Shown here: one piece after another, positions 9,621-20,400 of the stretch | Layout of the letters: each line of letters begins with the position of its first letter | How positions within the stretch are numbered: position 1 is the stretch's first letter | DNA from: a virus | Virus record (IMG/VR): IMGVR_UViG_3300045988_052724 | Coordinates: 96,001-160,000 of that record | Direction: 5' to 3' (one strand) | DNA: 64,000 bases | Notes under the pieces: model-generated | Told to the model about the DNA's origin: nothing | What the model saw: only the letters and a program-made list of their open reading frames with translations | The model's database searches: none | Translations under genes and position numbers: made by a program

Positions 9621-10712
9621 TTAATCTAAATCATCAATTGTTATTACTTTCTTAGCAGGGGCAGCCGTACTACCTGCTGTTTTTTTGACCACTGTCTTAG
9701 CTGCATTTGGAGCTTTACCTCTCTTAGCATCTTCAAACCCTTTATTATAATTGTATTTAGATGCTTCTGTAATCTTCTGTTTGTAATAATCAGTAATTTG
9801 ACTAAACGCCTCCTGTCCTTTAAGCGCATACCAAACCATGCCAACTAAGGTCTTAGGGTCATTTAACGCTTTGGCGATGTGTCTCACTCCTGCAACATCT
9901 GAATCTAAGATAAAGCTAGCAATTTCATTCATATCGTCCTCAGACAAGGTTAATGAGGACTCACCCAAGTCAATGGTATCATTCTCTTGAATTGCAGCCA
10001 CAATAGTGTCTTCGAACTCTTGAGCAGCTTTCTCAGCGGCTAACCTTTGTTCTTCCTCCTCTTGTTGAGCTAGCAACTCTTCTTTCTTCTTGTATTCATT
10101 GCGGATACCTTGAACCTTCTTCTGATATAGTGCTTCATTCTGTTTAGCTAATTCTAACTCAGCAGAAGCATCTTCCTCAGTAAGCTCTGGGACTTTAGCT
10201 TTTAAATCTATAAGATATAGTTCATCATCTGGGATAGAATCAATCTCATATACAGGAGTATCTTCTTGATTAGAATCTAAATACTCTTGAATAGCTTGCT
10301 GGGCGATATACTTCTTATATTCATCTGCGCTCAGATTACTTGCCCTTAGCTCATTAATAAGACTAACTTCATCTTCTGCTAAACCAAAGTCATCATCTGA
10401 CTCGTCATAATTTAAGATTTGAAGTTGTTCCTCCCTTGAAAGTTCATTAAAACTTTTCTCTTCAATCTCTCCTGCCTCATTCTCAAATTTAATAGCTTCA
10501 GGATTGATTCCTTTATCTTTTAGTAGGGTAGTGATGATGTCGTCCTCAGTTGGCTCACCAGGCGGCTCATCTTCGTGAACTTCCTCGTCTTGCGGTGCAG
10601 AACCATCAAGCCAAGGCTTCTCATAGGTATCCTCATCAAACTCAGCTCCATGAGTTACGTCTTCGTCTAATCCTACATCGTCAATGTCTAAATCCTCTAA
10701 TTTCATTTCCAT
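9621..10712 (-). CDS. Scaffolding-like protein (acidic, coiled-coil); start moved to the ATG at 10712
   Basis: Very D/E/Q/K-rich helical sequence directly upstream of the capsid gene. The track's N-terminal extension (10713-10802) overlaps the promoter at 10737-10767, so MEMKLEDL is the likelier start. Confidence 0.55.
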   Translation of the reverse strand: MEMKLEDLDIDDVGLDEDVTHGAEFDEDTYEKPWLDGSAPQDEEVHEDEPPGEPTEDDIITTLLKDKGINPEAIKFENEAGEIEEKSFNELSREEQLQILNYDESDDDFGLAEDEVSLINELRASNLSADEYKKYIAQQAIQEYLDSNQEDTPVYEIDSIPDDELYLIDLKAKVPELTEEDASAELELAKQNEALYQKKVQGIRNEYKKKEELLAQQEEEEQRLAAEKAAQEFEDTIVAAIQENDTIDLGESSLTLSEDDMNEIASFILDSDVAGVRHIAKALNDPKTLVGMVWYALKGQEAFSQITDYYKQKITEASKYNYNKGFEDAKRGKAPNAAKTVVKKTAGSTAAPAKKVITIDDLD

Positions 10713-10736
10713 ATTATTCCCTTTTAAAGTTATTTG

Positions 10737-10767
10737 CAAAATTAAGGAATTTTTAGGGTGTCCCAAA
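10737..10767 (-). promoter_or_regulatory. Bacteroidota sigma-A type promoter (-33 TTTG, 19 nt, -7 TAATTTTG)
   Basis: The minus strand reads TTTG-GGACACCCTAAAAATTCCT-TAATTTTG, about 25 nt upstream of the scaffold ATG. This is an exact match to TTTG/TAnnTTTG. Confidence 0.7.
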
Positions 10768-10811
10768 ATGAAATATTGAAATTCATTAATAATTAGGAAC
10801 ACCCTTACTTA

Positions 10812-11405
10812 TTACCCCTGTATTGACTTGATATAATCCAATATACCCTGTACGTGTAGACGAGCTATAGTTGCTCTACCCTCATCAGACAACAGATACT
10901 CTACATCTGCCTTATTATCTTGAAACAGATTTTCTGTTAAAACTGCTGGGCACTTAGTCTCCCTGCATATAGCTAGATTCTGTTTCCAATATACTTGTGT
11001 TTGTGAATATTTCCTTAGTGTTAAACCCTCTTTACGTGCTGCTTCAAACAAGCACTCTGCTAGTTTCTTACTCTTGCTTGAGCTATTGTTGGATATAAAT
11101 ACACTCCAACCTTTAGCATTCATCCAATCTGCCCCTCCACCAGCAGCATTACAGTGAATCGACACCAATGCAGTATTAGCTTTTCCATGTATATCACAGT
11201 ATTGGTTTACTATTCGGCATCTCTGCATAAGTGGTACATCTACATCGTCTGTAACTACCAACTCAACATTAAAGCCCTTATTAATTAATTGTTTCTTAAC
11301 CTCGTCAGCAATCTCTCTACAGTATTTATACTCCCTAAGTCTTCCATCTGGGCTTCTTTTACCAGGAGTTGATTCTCCGTGACCTGCGTCTAATAGTATT
11401 ATCAT
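10812..11405 (-). CDS. N-acetylmuramoyl-L-alanine amidase (Amidase_3-like), endolysin candidate
   Basis: N-terminus MIILLDAGHGESTPGKRSP, then SIHCNAAGGG, then a conserved E further on. This is the typical zinc amidase signature. Confidence 0.8.
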   Translation of the reverse strand: MIILLDAGHGESTPGKRSPDGRLREYKYCREIADEVKKQLINKGFNVELVVTDDVDVPLMQRCRIVNQYCDIHGKANTALVSIHCNAAGGGADWMNAKGWSVFISNNSSSKSKKLAECLFEAARKEGLTLRKYSQTQVYWKQNLAICRETKCPAVLTENLFQDNKADVEYLLSDEGRATIARLHVQGILDYIKSIQG

Positions 11406-11716
11406 AATTTACTAAATTTTAGACAAGTGTCTACTATACTTATATCTATATTATTCTCATCATCTAGCTTTTTAATAACATCTTTTATTATTTTAATTTG
11501 TTCGAATGTTATCTCAAACTCTTTATCCTCTTCCTTAGTAACATCCCATGTAACCTTCCCATCTTCTGTTTTAAGATTTAGAGATTCTGTTTCTTCTTTC
11601 GTAAACTTTATAGTTTTTATTAGTTCTAGAATCTCTACTAAGTCGGTTAATTTCCCCTGAGTGGGAAGTATAGCTATAATAGCCATTCTATCCTTCGCTG
11701 TTAGTCCTATTTTCAT
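11402..11716 (-). CDS. Hypothetical protein (104 aa)
   Basis: Track ORF with a 4-nt overlap with the amidase start. No transmembrane segment seen. Confidence 0.55.
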   Translation of the reverse strand: MKIGLTAKDRMAIIAILPTQGKLTDLVEILELIKTIKFTKEETESLNLKTEDGKVTWDVTKEEDKEFEITFEQIKIIKDVIKKLDDENNIDISIVDTCLKFSKL

Positions 11717-11721
11717 TTTAA

Positions 11722-14700
11722 TTAACTATGTCTTGATAATCCTACTACCAGCCCATTAACTACAGTAATTGAGGCGTGGTCAAAATCTACATCTTTACCA
11801 TCAAAAGTACATCCAGAATACACCAGACCTGGAGTTAAAGTTCCTGGTGCCGGGTTCAATACAACTCTATTATTTTGATTATCTACAACAGAGCCATATT
11901 GGTCTTGTCTAGCTTGGCTAAAAGGCCAATTACCTTGTCGATACCCATCTGGACACTTTGTAAATATCATATTACCTAGGTTTACAGATTGTGTGCAATA
12001 AACATCCCCATCAAAATATCCCGCTATCATTACATCCCCATTGGGTGTTCTGGTTGGAGGGTCAACACTCTCAGTAACTGCCGCCCATAGAGCAGCATTC
12101 ATATGCCCTGCCACTTTTATGCCATAGCGGTTATCCTTATAGGTGAACGCATTAGCATAGTTGAATATTTCAAGGAAGGCGGGATTAGAATCAAATAATT
12201 CCCTTTTTCCAACACCTAGCTTGAACCCAGACCTCTCATAAGCTGAGCCCCACATAAAATTTTCAAGTTTCTGCCATAAGATATGTGTAGCATCATAGTA
12301 CAAACTATAAGATACAGGTTCTATATGTATGGACCCTATTCTTCCAGAGTCTGCCACAATAGTACCCTGAACATAAGCATTCTTCATGTATGCATTGTAT
12401 AAATAGGCATCCTGACCATATATATCACCATTTTGGTCTATCTTGGCATTTAATTGGTATGTATCTGGAACTAACTCTCTGGTCCCGTCTGGCTTCCACT
12501 CACTTCGTTGTCCCCATATCTCCAACCCATTAGCTTTAACCCATCCATTAATATCTAATAAGACATTATCTAACTTACCCGTAGTCTTATCAAACATCTT
12601 ACCAAGTGTCATAGCTAACTTGTCCCCAATATAGAAATAAAACTTATCAGCATTCATACTGATAGATGTTTCATAAACAGGATTGCCGTCTTTATCAAGT
12701 ACTGGTTCTCCATTCTCATCTAAGACAGGAATCTTCTCGCCTTGGTCATTTAGAGTTTCCTTTATTTCTAATCCAGCATTCTTGAACTTTAATAATATAT
12801 TCTCTTCAGAGAAGTCTACTATAGACTGACCATTATTTAAATAAAACTCACCAGTTAGAAACACATTCTCACCGTATAGACCAAATCCATAGGGTTGTTT
12901 CTTGCCAAACATTTCATTGTAAATACCATCAAGTCTTCCAATTCTTACTTTTGTAGTCTTTGTAAGAGAATGTCTGTACTTGTTATCTCTCATCCTAATA
13001 ACAGATGTTTGTGTAGGATATTCTGTACAATAATATGTTTTAGTTATAACATTCTCTCCATCTTTAATATCTACTGTAAAGGTAGGAACACCTTCTATTG
13101 AGGGAGATTCCTGATAATAGTAATTATGCTTAGTTGACTTATATACTAATTCCCTTCTATCATATAATGGAACATCATATAGAACTGAATAATCAGGCCT
13201 ATTTAATTCAGTGATTACATCCATATATGGACCACCATCATCACTTGATGTTAAATATAAAGCACCTTGTCTCTCAGTGTTAAATATGTTTCCCATTTGA
13301 ATCATATCATCACCTTCAGATATATCATCCAATCTATCACTAGTAGTATTAGATGAAGATACTTGCTTCCTGGCTCCCGTATTAACATCATAGCTAGTTT
13401 CGGTCTTACTGTACTGAGTATTGTTATAAGACTCTTCTGAAGAAGCTACTGAACCATCTTCATTATAATGGATTTCAGTATAAATATCAAATACAGATGT
13501 AGCTTTCTGAATTATAAATTGTCTAGATTCCATCTGCGACATTACTACAGCATCATAATACTTTATATTGCCACCTGTATATTTCTGACACCTTATTATA
13601 TCTCCTGGTTTAAACAGGGGATATTCCTCATCATCAGTATTTACTACCCACAAATTAGGCATCACAACAGTAGTATTCATACTACTATTAAATTGGCTAT
13701 TTGATTCTGCAATAGCTTGATTAACTATTGTTGTGTCAAGTCCGAAGTATTTATAGAATGGCTGTATTGGTGTTAGGTAAGTACTATTAAATCCATTCTT
13801 CTCAAAGTCTTCTGTGGCAACTTTATCACCCTTCGGAATCATATAGAAAGCCGTATCCTTATTAAAAGTCTCAGTTAATGTCCACTCTAATGGGATAGTA
13901 CCTTCATCCCATTGTCCTTCATTTCCTCCCCACTTAGTAACCGTCATTCCCATACTGATATAGTATAGAGTTATACACTTTCTAAATGCAATGTGGTTTT
14001 GGTCTGATGAAGTTGATGTTAATAGGGACTCATCGTATAAAGTCTGAGGTCCTCTAAACAGAGTATTACTAACAAGACCTCTAGGGTCTTTAACATGAAT
14101 TATAAACTTGTAGTTTACAAATGTTTTAGGCGTGGTATTAATTGAATCTGCCTTAGATATTTCTTTCGTTCTGGTGACTGTACTAAGTGTATTAGCTCCA
14201 TTACCTGGAAGGGGGATATAATATCCATCTGTTGATAATAGCTTTAACATAGCATCTATGTTCTCACTTGACCCAGTCCATGTGCCAATACTTCTAAGTT
14301 GTGCATCTGTTAAAATAGTGGGTTGCACAGCCTTACTACATTTACTTGAATTAGTAACCCAGATACTTCCATTGGTTGCACTTATCTTATTGATTACCAA
14401 TTCATATACTCTCATAGCTTTTCTAACTACAAGATAGTCAACTGTTAGTGTATTGGTATTTGCATCCAATCTCCAACCATAGCCACCAAATCCTGACATA
14501 AAATCAGGGGATGTTAAGCTTCTGCTGGTAACTAAATCTCCATACATACGGACATTATCCTTAAAAACCCAAGTACCCTCAGAGACTCCTTTGCCTTTAA
14601 ATGTCCAATTTCCATATATATATTCATCTACGTTCTTCTTTGCCAAATCATCGGATGAATATCCATTAATAAATTCAGCATTTAAGTTACTAACTAGCTT

Positions 14701-15117
14701 AGACGAAGCCACTATTAAAGGGGGACCAACAGTATTGATTTCTAACTGTCCTGTCATTGTGTCTCCCTTACGTCTTACATATCCATCATCAGCACCTTCT
14801 GCTGCCTCTATTAAGGCTATATATCTCTCATCATAAGAAATATATAGAGTGGATGTAAGTGTATTATAAATGAAGAATCCATCTCCTGGATACTCCATCT
14901 GCTCCATCTCAAGTAAGCTACCAACTATAATAGTTTGACTTCTTATTTCTGATTCCTGTACTTGGTCTAATAATTTTAGAACATCACTAAGCACTCTAGA
15001 ATTATTGCCGGTTTTGATATAAACCTTACCAAGAGTCTCAAGTACTAAATCAGTATATTTATTGCCAACTATAACTTTATCATTCCCTAAGAATGACTCA
15101 ACTCGAATGTTTTCCAT
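11722..15117 (-). CDS. Tail fibre/spike protein (1131 aa)
   Basis: Contains GDTMTGQLEI…PPLIVASSKLVSNLNAEFINGY. The same module recurs in the 1813-aa fibre. Confidence 0.7.
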   Translation of the reverse strand: MENIRVESFLGNDKVIVGNKYTDLVLETLGKVYIKTGNNSRVLSDVLKLLDQVQESEIRSQTIIVGSLLEMEQMEYPGDGFFIYNTLTSTLYISYDERYIALIEAAEGADDGYVRRKGDTMTGQLEINTVGPPLIVASSKLVSNLNAEFINGYSSDDLAKKNVDEYIYGNWTFKGKGVSEGTWVFKDNVRMYGDLVTSRSLTSPDFMSGFGGYGWRLDANTNTLTVDYLVVRKAMRVYELVINKISATNGSIWVTNSSKCSKAVQPTILTDAQLRSIGTWTGSSENIDAMLKLLSTDGYYIPLPGNGANTLSTVTRTKEISKADSINTTPKTFVNYKFIIHVKDPRGLVSNTLFRGPQTLYDESLLTSTSSDQNHIAFRKCITLYYISMGMTVTKWGGNEGQWDEGTIPLEWTLTETFNKDTAFYMIPKGDKVATEDFEKNGFNSTYLTPIQPFYKYFGLDTTIVNQAIAESNSQFNSSMNTTVVMPNLWVVNTDDEEYPLFKPGDIIRCQKYTGGNIKYYDAVVMSQMESRQFIIQKATSVFDIYTEIHYNEDGSVASSEESYNNTQYSKTETSYDVNTGARKQVSSSNTTSDRLDDISEGDDMIQMGNIFNTERQGALYLTSSDDGGPYMDVITELNRPDYSVLYDVPLYDRRELVYKSTKHNYYYQESPSIEGVPTFTVDIKDGENVITKTYYCTEYPTQTSVIRMRDNKYRHSLTKTTKVRIGRLDGIYNEMFGKKQPYGFGLYGENVFLTGEFYLNNGQSIVDFSEENILLKFKNAGLEIKETLNDQGEKIPVLDENGEPVLDKDGNPVYETSISMNADKFYFYIGDKLAMTLGKMFDKTTGKLDNVLLDINGWVKANGLEIWGQRSEWKPDGTRELVPDTYQLNAKIDQNGDIYGQDAYLYNAYMKNAYVQGTIVADSGRIGSIHIEPVSYSLYYDATHILWQKLENFMWGSAYERSGFKLGVGKRELFDSNPAFLEIFNYANAFTYKDNRYGIKVAGHMNAALWAAVTESVDPPTRTPNGDVMIAGYFDGDVYCTQSVNLGNMIFTKCPDGYRQGNWPFSQARQDQYGSVVDNQNNRVVLNPAPGTLTPGLVYSGCTFDGKDVDFDHASITVVNGLVVGLSRHS

Positions 15118-15445
15118 TGTTCGCTTTTAACGTCTTAAATATCCTCTCGAACTCATCAATGTCAGCCTCACCAAATTTGACTGATTTACCAAATAGCTTA
15201 ACGACATATCCGTCTTTAGCACGAGCCTTCATAACGTCACGTAGCGCATTTCCAAATAAATCTATGTTTATATTACCATCCTTATCAAGGAATGGCTCCA
15301 AATACATTCCATACTTGTCCTCCATATTATTAACTACGTAAGTTATGAGAGCATCAGTACCTATTGTGTTTATACCGAATAAGTTACCTACCAAGTTTTT
15401 AGTGAATGTGTTTGCTGCCTGAAATATCAATTCTTTATCACTCAT
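15098..15445 (-). CDS. Hypothetical protein (115 aa)
   Basis: Track ORF in the operon. Confidence 0.55.
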   Translation of the reverse strand: MSDKELIFQAANTFTKNLVGNLFGINTIGTDALITYVVNNMEDKYGMYLEPFLDKDGNINIDLFGNALRDVMKARAKDGYVVKLFGKSVKFGEADIDEFERIFKTLKANNGKHSS

Positions 15446-15894
15446 TATTTAGCTGTTTTGTTCATCATGAGTTCATCAAATCTTTTCTTCATCTCCGGGT
15501 CACTCTCCATCAGTTCTAATAATGTATTAACCTTTTCTTCTTTTGCTTTTATCTGAGATTGTATATACTCCTTACTCTTTCTAATAGTGGCTAACAGATT
15601 CTCCGCTGCCACTTTACCATCAGGGGAATTTACATATTCTGAACTAAACTTAGTCCCTAAGAATGCCATAAATCCTGCCTCATAGGTCTGTTTAGCCATT
15701 TGATATTCTTGTGTTTTAGCCAATACGTTCTGCTCGTCAACAGACAACGACCCAACCTCCCTGTTTATTTCATCAAGGATGGGTTGAGTCTTCTGTTGTG
15801 CTTGCTGAGCTTGTTGCATAACTTGTAGTTGCTGCAAGTATTGGTTTTGTAAATCAGTATAATTAGTACCGAAAGGTTGTCCAAATAAGCTCAT
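15445..15894 (-). CDS. Hypothetical coiled-coil protein (149 aa)
   Basis: Track ORF with a Q-rich helical N-terminus. Confidence 0.55.
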   Translation of the reverse strand: MSLFGQPFGTNYTDLQNQYLQQLQVMQQAQQAQQKTQPILDEINREVGSLSVDEQNVLAKTQEYQMAKQTYEAGFMAFLGTKFSSEYVNSPDGKVAAENLLATIRKSKEYIQSQIKAKEEKVNTLLELMESDPEMKKRFDELMMNKTAK

Positions 15895-15906
15895 ATCATG
15901 TGATTA

Positions 15907-16353
15907 TTATGCTGCAGGAATCTGTATCTCGAATACTGAGTAAGCACAATTACCTTTAACTGGCAATGATGTTGGTAACTCATCTAAGATAGCTTGATTA
16001 ACAATACTAACTCCGTTAGGAATTATAACATCAATTACCTTATTAACTTCTGGAACAAGTGTAGTTATTGTCTCACTTGTAGCTGGAGAAGCTAGTATAG
16101 TTGATGTTTCTTCTGTAACCAATCTTACATTACCCTTACAATCAGTATACTGAGTGTTGTGTATAATATCAAACTTAGTAACCTGCATATAAGAAGCTGC
16201 ACCTGTTGTAGCTGTGTTAATCACTTTAGCCCATCTTTGTGTAATTGTTAATGTAGACACTGGAGCTACAGATGCTCTTGCCCCACATGGTAACGATACA
16301 TTAAATTCAATTAATTGAGCACTTTCTCCGATAGGAGTAATTTTTACTTTCAT
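15907..16353 (-). CDS. Hypothetical beta-rich protein (148 aa)
   Basis: Track ORF. Confidence 0.55.
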   Translation of the reverse strand: MKVKITPIGESAQLIEFNVSLPCGARASVAPVSTLTITQRWAKVINTATTGAASYMQVTKFDIIHNTQYTDCKGNVRLVTEETSTILASPATSETITTLVPEVNKVIDVIIPNGVSIVNQAILDELPTSLPVKGNCAYSVFEIQIPAA

Positions 16354-16370
16354 AAGTGTTTGTGTTTAAA

Positions 16371-16410
16371 ATAAAAAATAAAAGGGAGACTATTCGCATA
16401 ATCTCCCTTT
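16371..16410 (-). terminator. Intrinsic terminator
   Basis: A 9-bp stem AAAGGGAGA / TCTCCCTTT with a 12-nt loop. On the minus strand it is followed by TTTTATTTTTT, just after the stop at 16417. Confidence 0.8.
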
Positions 16411-16416
16411 AATATC

Positions 16417-17091
16417 TTACTGAGCTGTACAAGATGGACAAGCACTGTTAATAGCTGTATTTACTGCATTCCAGTTAGAAGCAGCTTGACCAGCGTACAT
16501 ACCTGTGCCATATTGTGTGAATGGACTACAGTATAGTGGAGAAATACTAGGAACTGGAGCACATAGGTCACTATAAGCATATTTCAGCTGTCCAGTAATC
16601 TTGTGGTCTAGTTGTCTCTGTAAATCACCAGCAGCAACCAATAGTTGTTTCTCTGACTTGCAGCAGCAGTTATCTGAATACCTTTCAGCATTAACTTTGT
16701 TAAGTTCGAACATTAGAGGTAAAGCAGCAGCAGTTGCAGCTTCCTTCTTCTCTAACTCAACTAAACGTGTGTTAAGTCTCTCGAACAAATCTGCCTTCTC
16801 TTGTACGTCTTGTTCCCTTCTCTTATAAAGCTCATCACATAGTCTTAGGTTCTGAGCATTATCACGAGTGATTATATCAACGTACATTCCACTCTTTTCT
16901 TGTAGGTCTTCTACTCTACCCTTCCAGATTTGGTTTGTTAGAACCTGAGTTTCGTTTCCAATTCTTTCGTTAGTAGCTAAATTCCTACCATTGATGTAAG
17001 TGTATAGGTCAATATCATCTTGCATAGACTGTACTCTGTTGTTCCAAGCTAGATTCTGAGACATTTGTCCTTGTGCCATAGCAGTCTGCAT
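16417..17091 (-). CDS. Cys-rich coiled-coil protein (224 aa from the ATG at 17091; possibly longer, see findings)
   Basis: Track ORF. A further 58 stop-free in-frame codons lie upstream (17092-17265). An in-frame TAA sits at 17268-17266 and an ATG at 17289. Confidence 0.6.
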   Translation of the reverse strand: MQTAMAQGQMSQNLAWNNRVQSMQDDIDLYTYINGRNLATNERIGNETQVLTNQIWKGRVEDLQEKSGMYVDIITRDNAQNLRLCDELYKRREQDVQEKADLFERLNTRLVELEKKEAATAAALPLMFELNKVNAERYSDNCCCKSEKQLLVAAGDLQRQLDHKITGQLKYAYSDLCAPVPSISPLYCSPFTQYGTGMYAGQAASNWNAVNTAINSACPSCTAQ

Positions 17092-17356
17092 AGCCTTCTC
17101 AGCTATACAATTACCGTTATTACCTCCAAATAGACCTCCGAGAATACCGTTGTTACCACAGCCGCAGCCATTGTTACCTGCAAAAGCTCCAAGTGCTGTT
17201 CCGATAATACCAAGAGTCAGAGCGGCATTAGTTCTACCCTTCTTACCGAATTTATCCTCTGCCTCTTACATTGTTAAAAATTCTGCCATAATTTGTTGTG
17301 TTTGTGTGTGTTTTTATACCCAATCTGTTAAGCGCGCTTCTTTAATTTTCATAGTG

Positions 17357-17388
17357 CAAAGTTAATGATTCTTAAAGGTCATACCAAA
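17357..17388 (-). promoter_or_regulatory. Bacteroidota sigma-A type promoter (-33 TTTG, 20 nt, -7 TAACTTTG)
   Basis: The minus strand reads TTTG-GTATGACCTTTAAGAATCAT-TAACTTTG, about 68 nt upstream of the ATG at 17289. Confidence 0.7.
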
Positions 17389-17476
17389 GAAATATTGTTA
17401 ATCAATGTTAACTACAAAATAATTGTATTAAAATATCCAAAAATCATCTCTATGGTAATCACCTATTTGAATTATG

Positions 17477-20400
17477 TTACAGCCATTCAGCAGGAACCAA
17501 TCTAGCCTCAAGACTTTCAGCATTGGTAATATTAGCCTTTGTTACTCCAGATAGGTAACCAGATACTACATTCAATACTGGGTAAGAAGCGGATGGGAAT
17601 GGTGGAACAGCCCCAGCTAACGCAGCACAGTAATAAAACATATTACTGATATTGTTTATATTGTAACAAGTCTTTAATAAATCTTCAGTGATTAAAAGTA
17701 GTCCGTAAGGCTTTTCTTTAGATGCACCTGAGACTGTTACTGCAAATAAATTTGAAGCATTAGTTATTTTAGTGTTATTCTTAAACATATTAGCAAAATC
17801 TATTTGAGAATATATCTCTTGAGTTCCTTCTGCCTTATATGCCCTTTTATCGAACAGACAATTAGACCATACACCACTAACGCTCTTAAGATTAGCATTG
17901 TTGGCAAATAAGTCACTATTAATATCTACTCCAACTTCTATACTAGTTTGGGCAAATATATTCGATATATCTTCTAATTTAGTGTTATACTTAAATAAGT
18001 CTGGCGGGTATTTAATTCCCCTAGTAAAGGTTTGCCCTTGAAGATTAACGAAGGCGCAGAACTTAATGCCTTTAAAAACTGACGTTAGACTGGTATTGTC
18101 TTTCAACGCTTCAAATAGCTTACAAGGTATTCTGCCTACCATTCCATCGTATTCCTCAGTTCCTTCTACTGAATAGTTACCTGTTTCAGCATCAAACTTT
18201 TTAATGTTGGACTTATATGTAAAGTCAGCTAAAGAGTTCTCGAAGTTACAGTTAGAAGAGCAATATCTAAAGTAGTCAGTGGGGAACATGTAATTCTGAT
18301 AACCTACCTCCGACCTGTCTAGGTCTTGCTGAGATATAGCCACCTTTTGTTGGGAATCATACTTAAAGTATCTTTCATTTAGTCTAGTCTTAGCAGCATC
18401 TAATCCACTCTCACTACTAGAAGCACCTTCCCAACCATATCCGTCTAAGTACCACACATCAAATGCTTGTTCACCGGGATTATATTCCTCACTATCTGGG
18501 TCTTCATTCCTATCGTAGTTATATGATTTCTTCATATTACTAACATCTAGCTTAAATGGAACTCTATTACCAACGGTCTGTATAATATGGTCTGCCCATA
18601 CAGTCTTAGTCATTCCAGTTATTAAATCAGAACCCACATCTATAGTTCTGGTTTCATCATATCCAAGACACCAGCATCCTGAGAACACTCCAGCCATGTC
18701 GGTAATAGTCTGATTAATAACCTTACTTCCATCACTCTTAGATTTAGTCATAAAGAACAGTCTATAAGGAATCATTCCAAACACTCCACTGTTCTCAAAT
18801 GCATAAGATACATCACTAAGGGCACAATTCTTGAAACCTTCTCCAACTAATTTTAACTTTAGATTGTTACACCCACTAAATAATCTCCTAATATTCTGTA
18901 GTGAAACACAATCGTCAAACATTCCAGCAGGAGGAAACTCATAAACTTTACCATCATTATTAATATCTATGCCACTAAAGAACGATTCAATACTGTTAAG
19001 GATAGTACAATGTTTAAATATGTCAGCTGGAATAGATTGTGCACCTTCTTCATCGGAGCATTCTAAACCACTAAATATACCAACAGCTTGTCGTAGAGTA
19101 CTACTAATAGCCTGAAACATACTTCCCATCTCTGATAGATTTACTTGCAATCCTGCCCCACCACTATATTGGAATGGGAATTGGATAGAAGTAAATGTTG
19201 GAATATACCAAGTAGTTCCATTATCACTAATAGTCTGACTTATACCTCCAAATACATTAGGACCTATCTTACCCACTAGCTTTATTCCATTATACACAGA
19301 ATCTGTAAGTACTAAACTTTGAGTTACCTTATTTACGGTATGGAATAGATAAGTATTACCACTTGCATCATTATCAACAGTCATTTTAACCTTATCACAT
19401 CCAGTAAACACACCTTTAGGATAGGTTCCAGCTAAGTTTCTTAGATTAGTAAAGAATGTCTTAGAGCTTAGAAATCCCTCTGTAATTGGCGTAGTTCTAG
19501 TACTAACACAGCTCTTTAGAGAGTAACAACCTCTAAACATATAGTCAATCTTTACTAAAGGAGAGTATGTAGTAGTTCTACCATTAACAATAGGTGCAAA
19601 TACATTATTATCTATCCATTCTATACTTGTATTATCAAATGCAGCTTCAGTATCAGTCAGCTTAGGAACGAAATCTAGGATGCCCCATGTAGAATCCTTA
19701 GCTGGATTGTAGTCCTGACCTCTAGAGAAGAAGATTCCACTTAGTCTAGTATTGCTAAATGCTTCCTTAATAGTGTTAACATTTGGACATGGTCTAAACA
19801 TATCATACCATAAATCTCCAGATATATTACTACATCCTTTGAAGGCCCCCTCCAAAGAGGTTACTTTATCAGTAAGTCTAACCATCAAGTATTTAAAGTC
19901 ATTGTAGGATAAGTTACTACAATCTTCAAACATGAAGTAAACTTCTGTAAGATTTCTATCAAATGTTATATTAGTTGCATCATCCCCTGTCAAGAATACA
20001 TCAGTTCCAAATTGGGTATACAGTTCATTTGGATTTAGATAGAACGAATTACAGCCTCTAAAGACTTCACTACCTTGTAGGGCTATATGCCCTTTGACTC
20101 TCTGTAGGGAATTACAATCCTTAAATGCACCTAATGCTACTTCAATTGGATTGTCTTTATCATTTTTACATCTAACCTCTGTAAGCATTTTACAGTTGGC
20201 TGCTCTAATATTTTCTAGGTCTGGGAATGCAGTTAAGTCTAAATAGTCAAACGTCCTATCATTGTACTTAAGTGTATACAAAGATGTTCCAGAAATATCT
20301 AGTGACCTCAAGCTAGAGAAATTCGGCTCACCATTTACATATAAAGATGCCAGTACTATATCCTCAGTCTTTGTGTAGCTTAAATCTAACACTTCAAGGT

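Noticed and set aside
10713-10802. N-terminal 29-30 aa extension of the scaffold-like ORF (MFLIINEFQYFILGHPKNSL…)
   Set aside because: The extension overlaps an exact -33/-7 promoter. The hydrophobic, odd sequence looks noncoding, so the start was moved to 10712.
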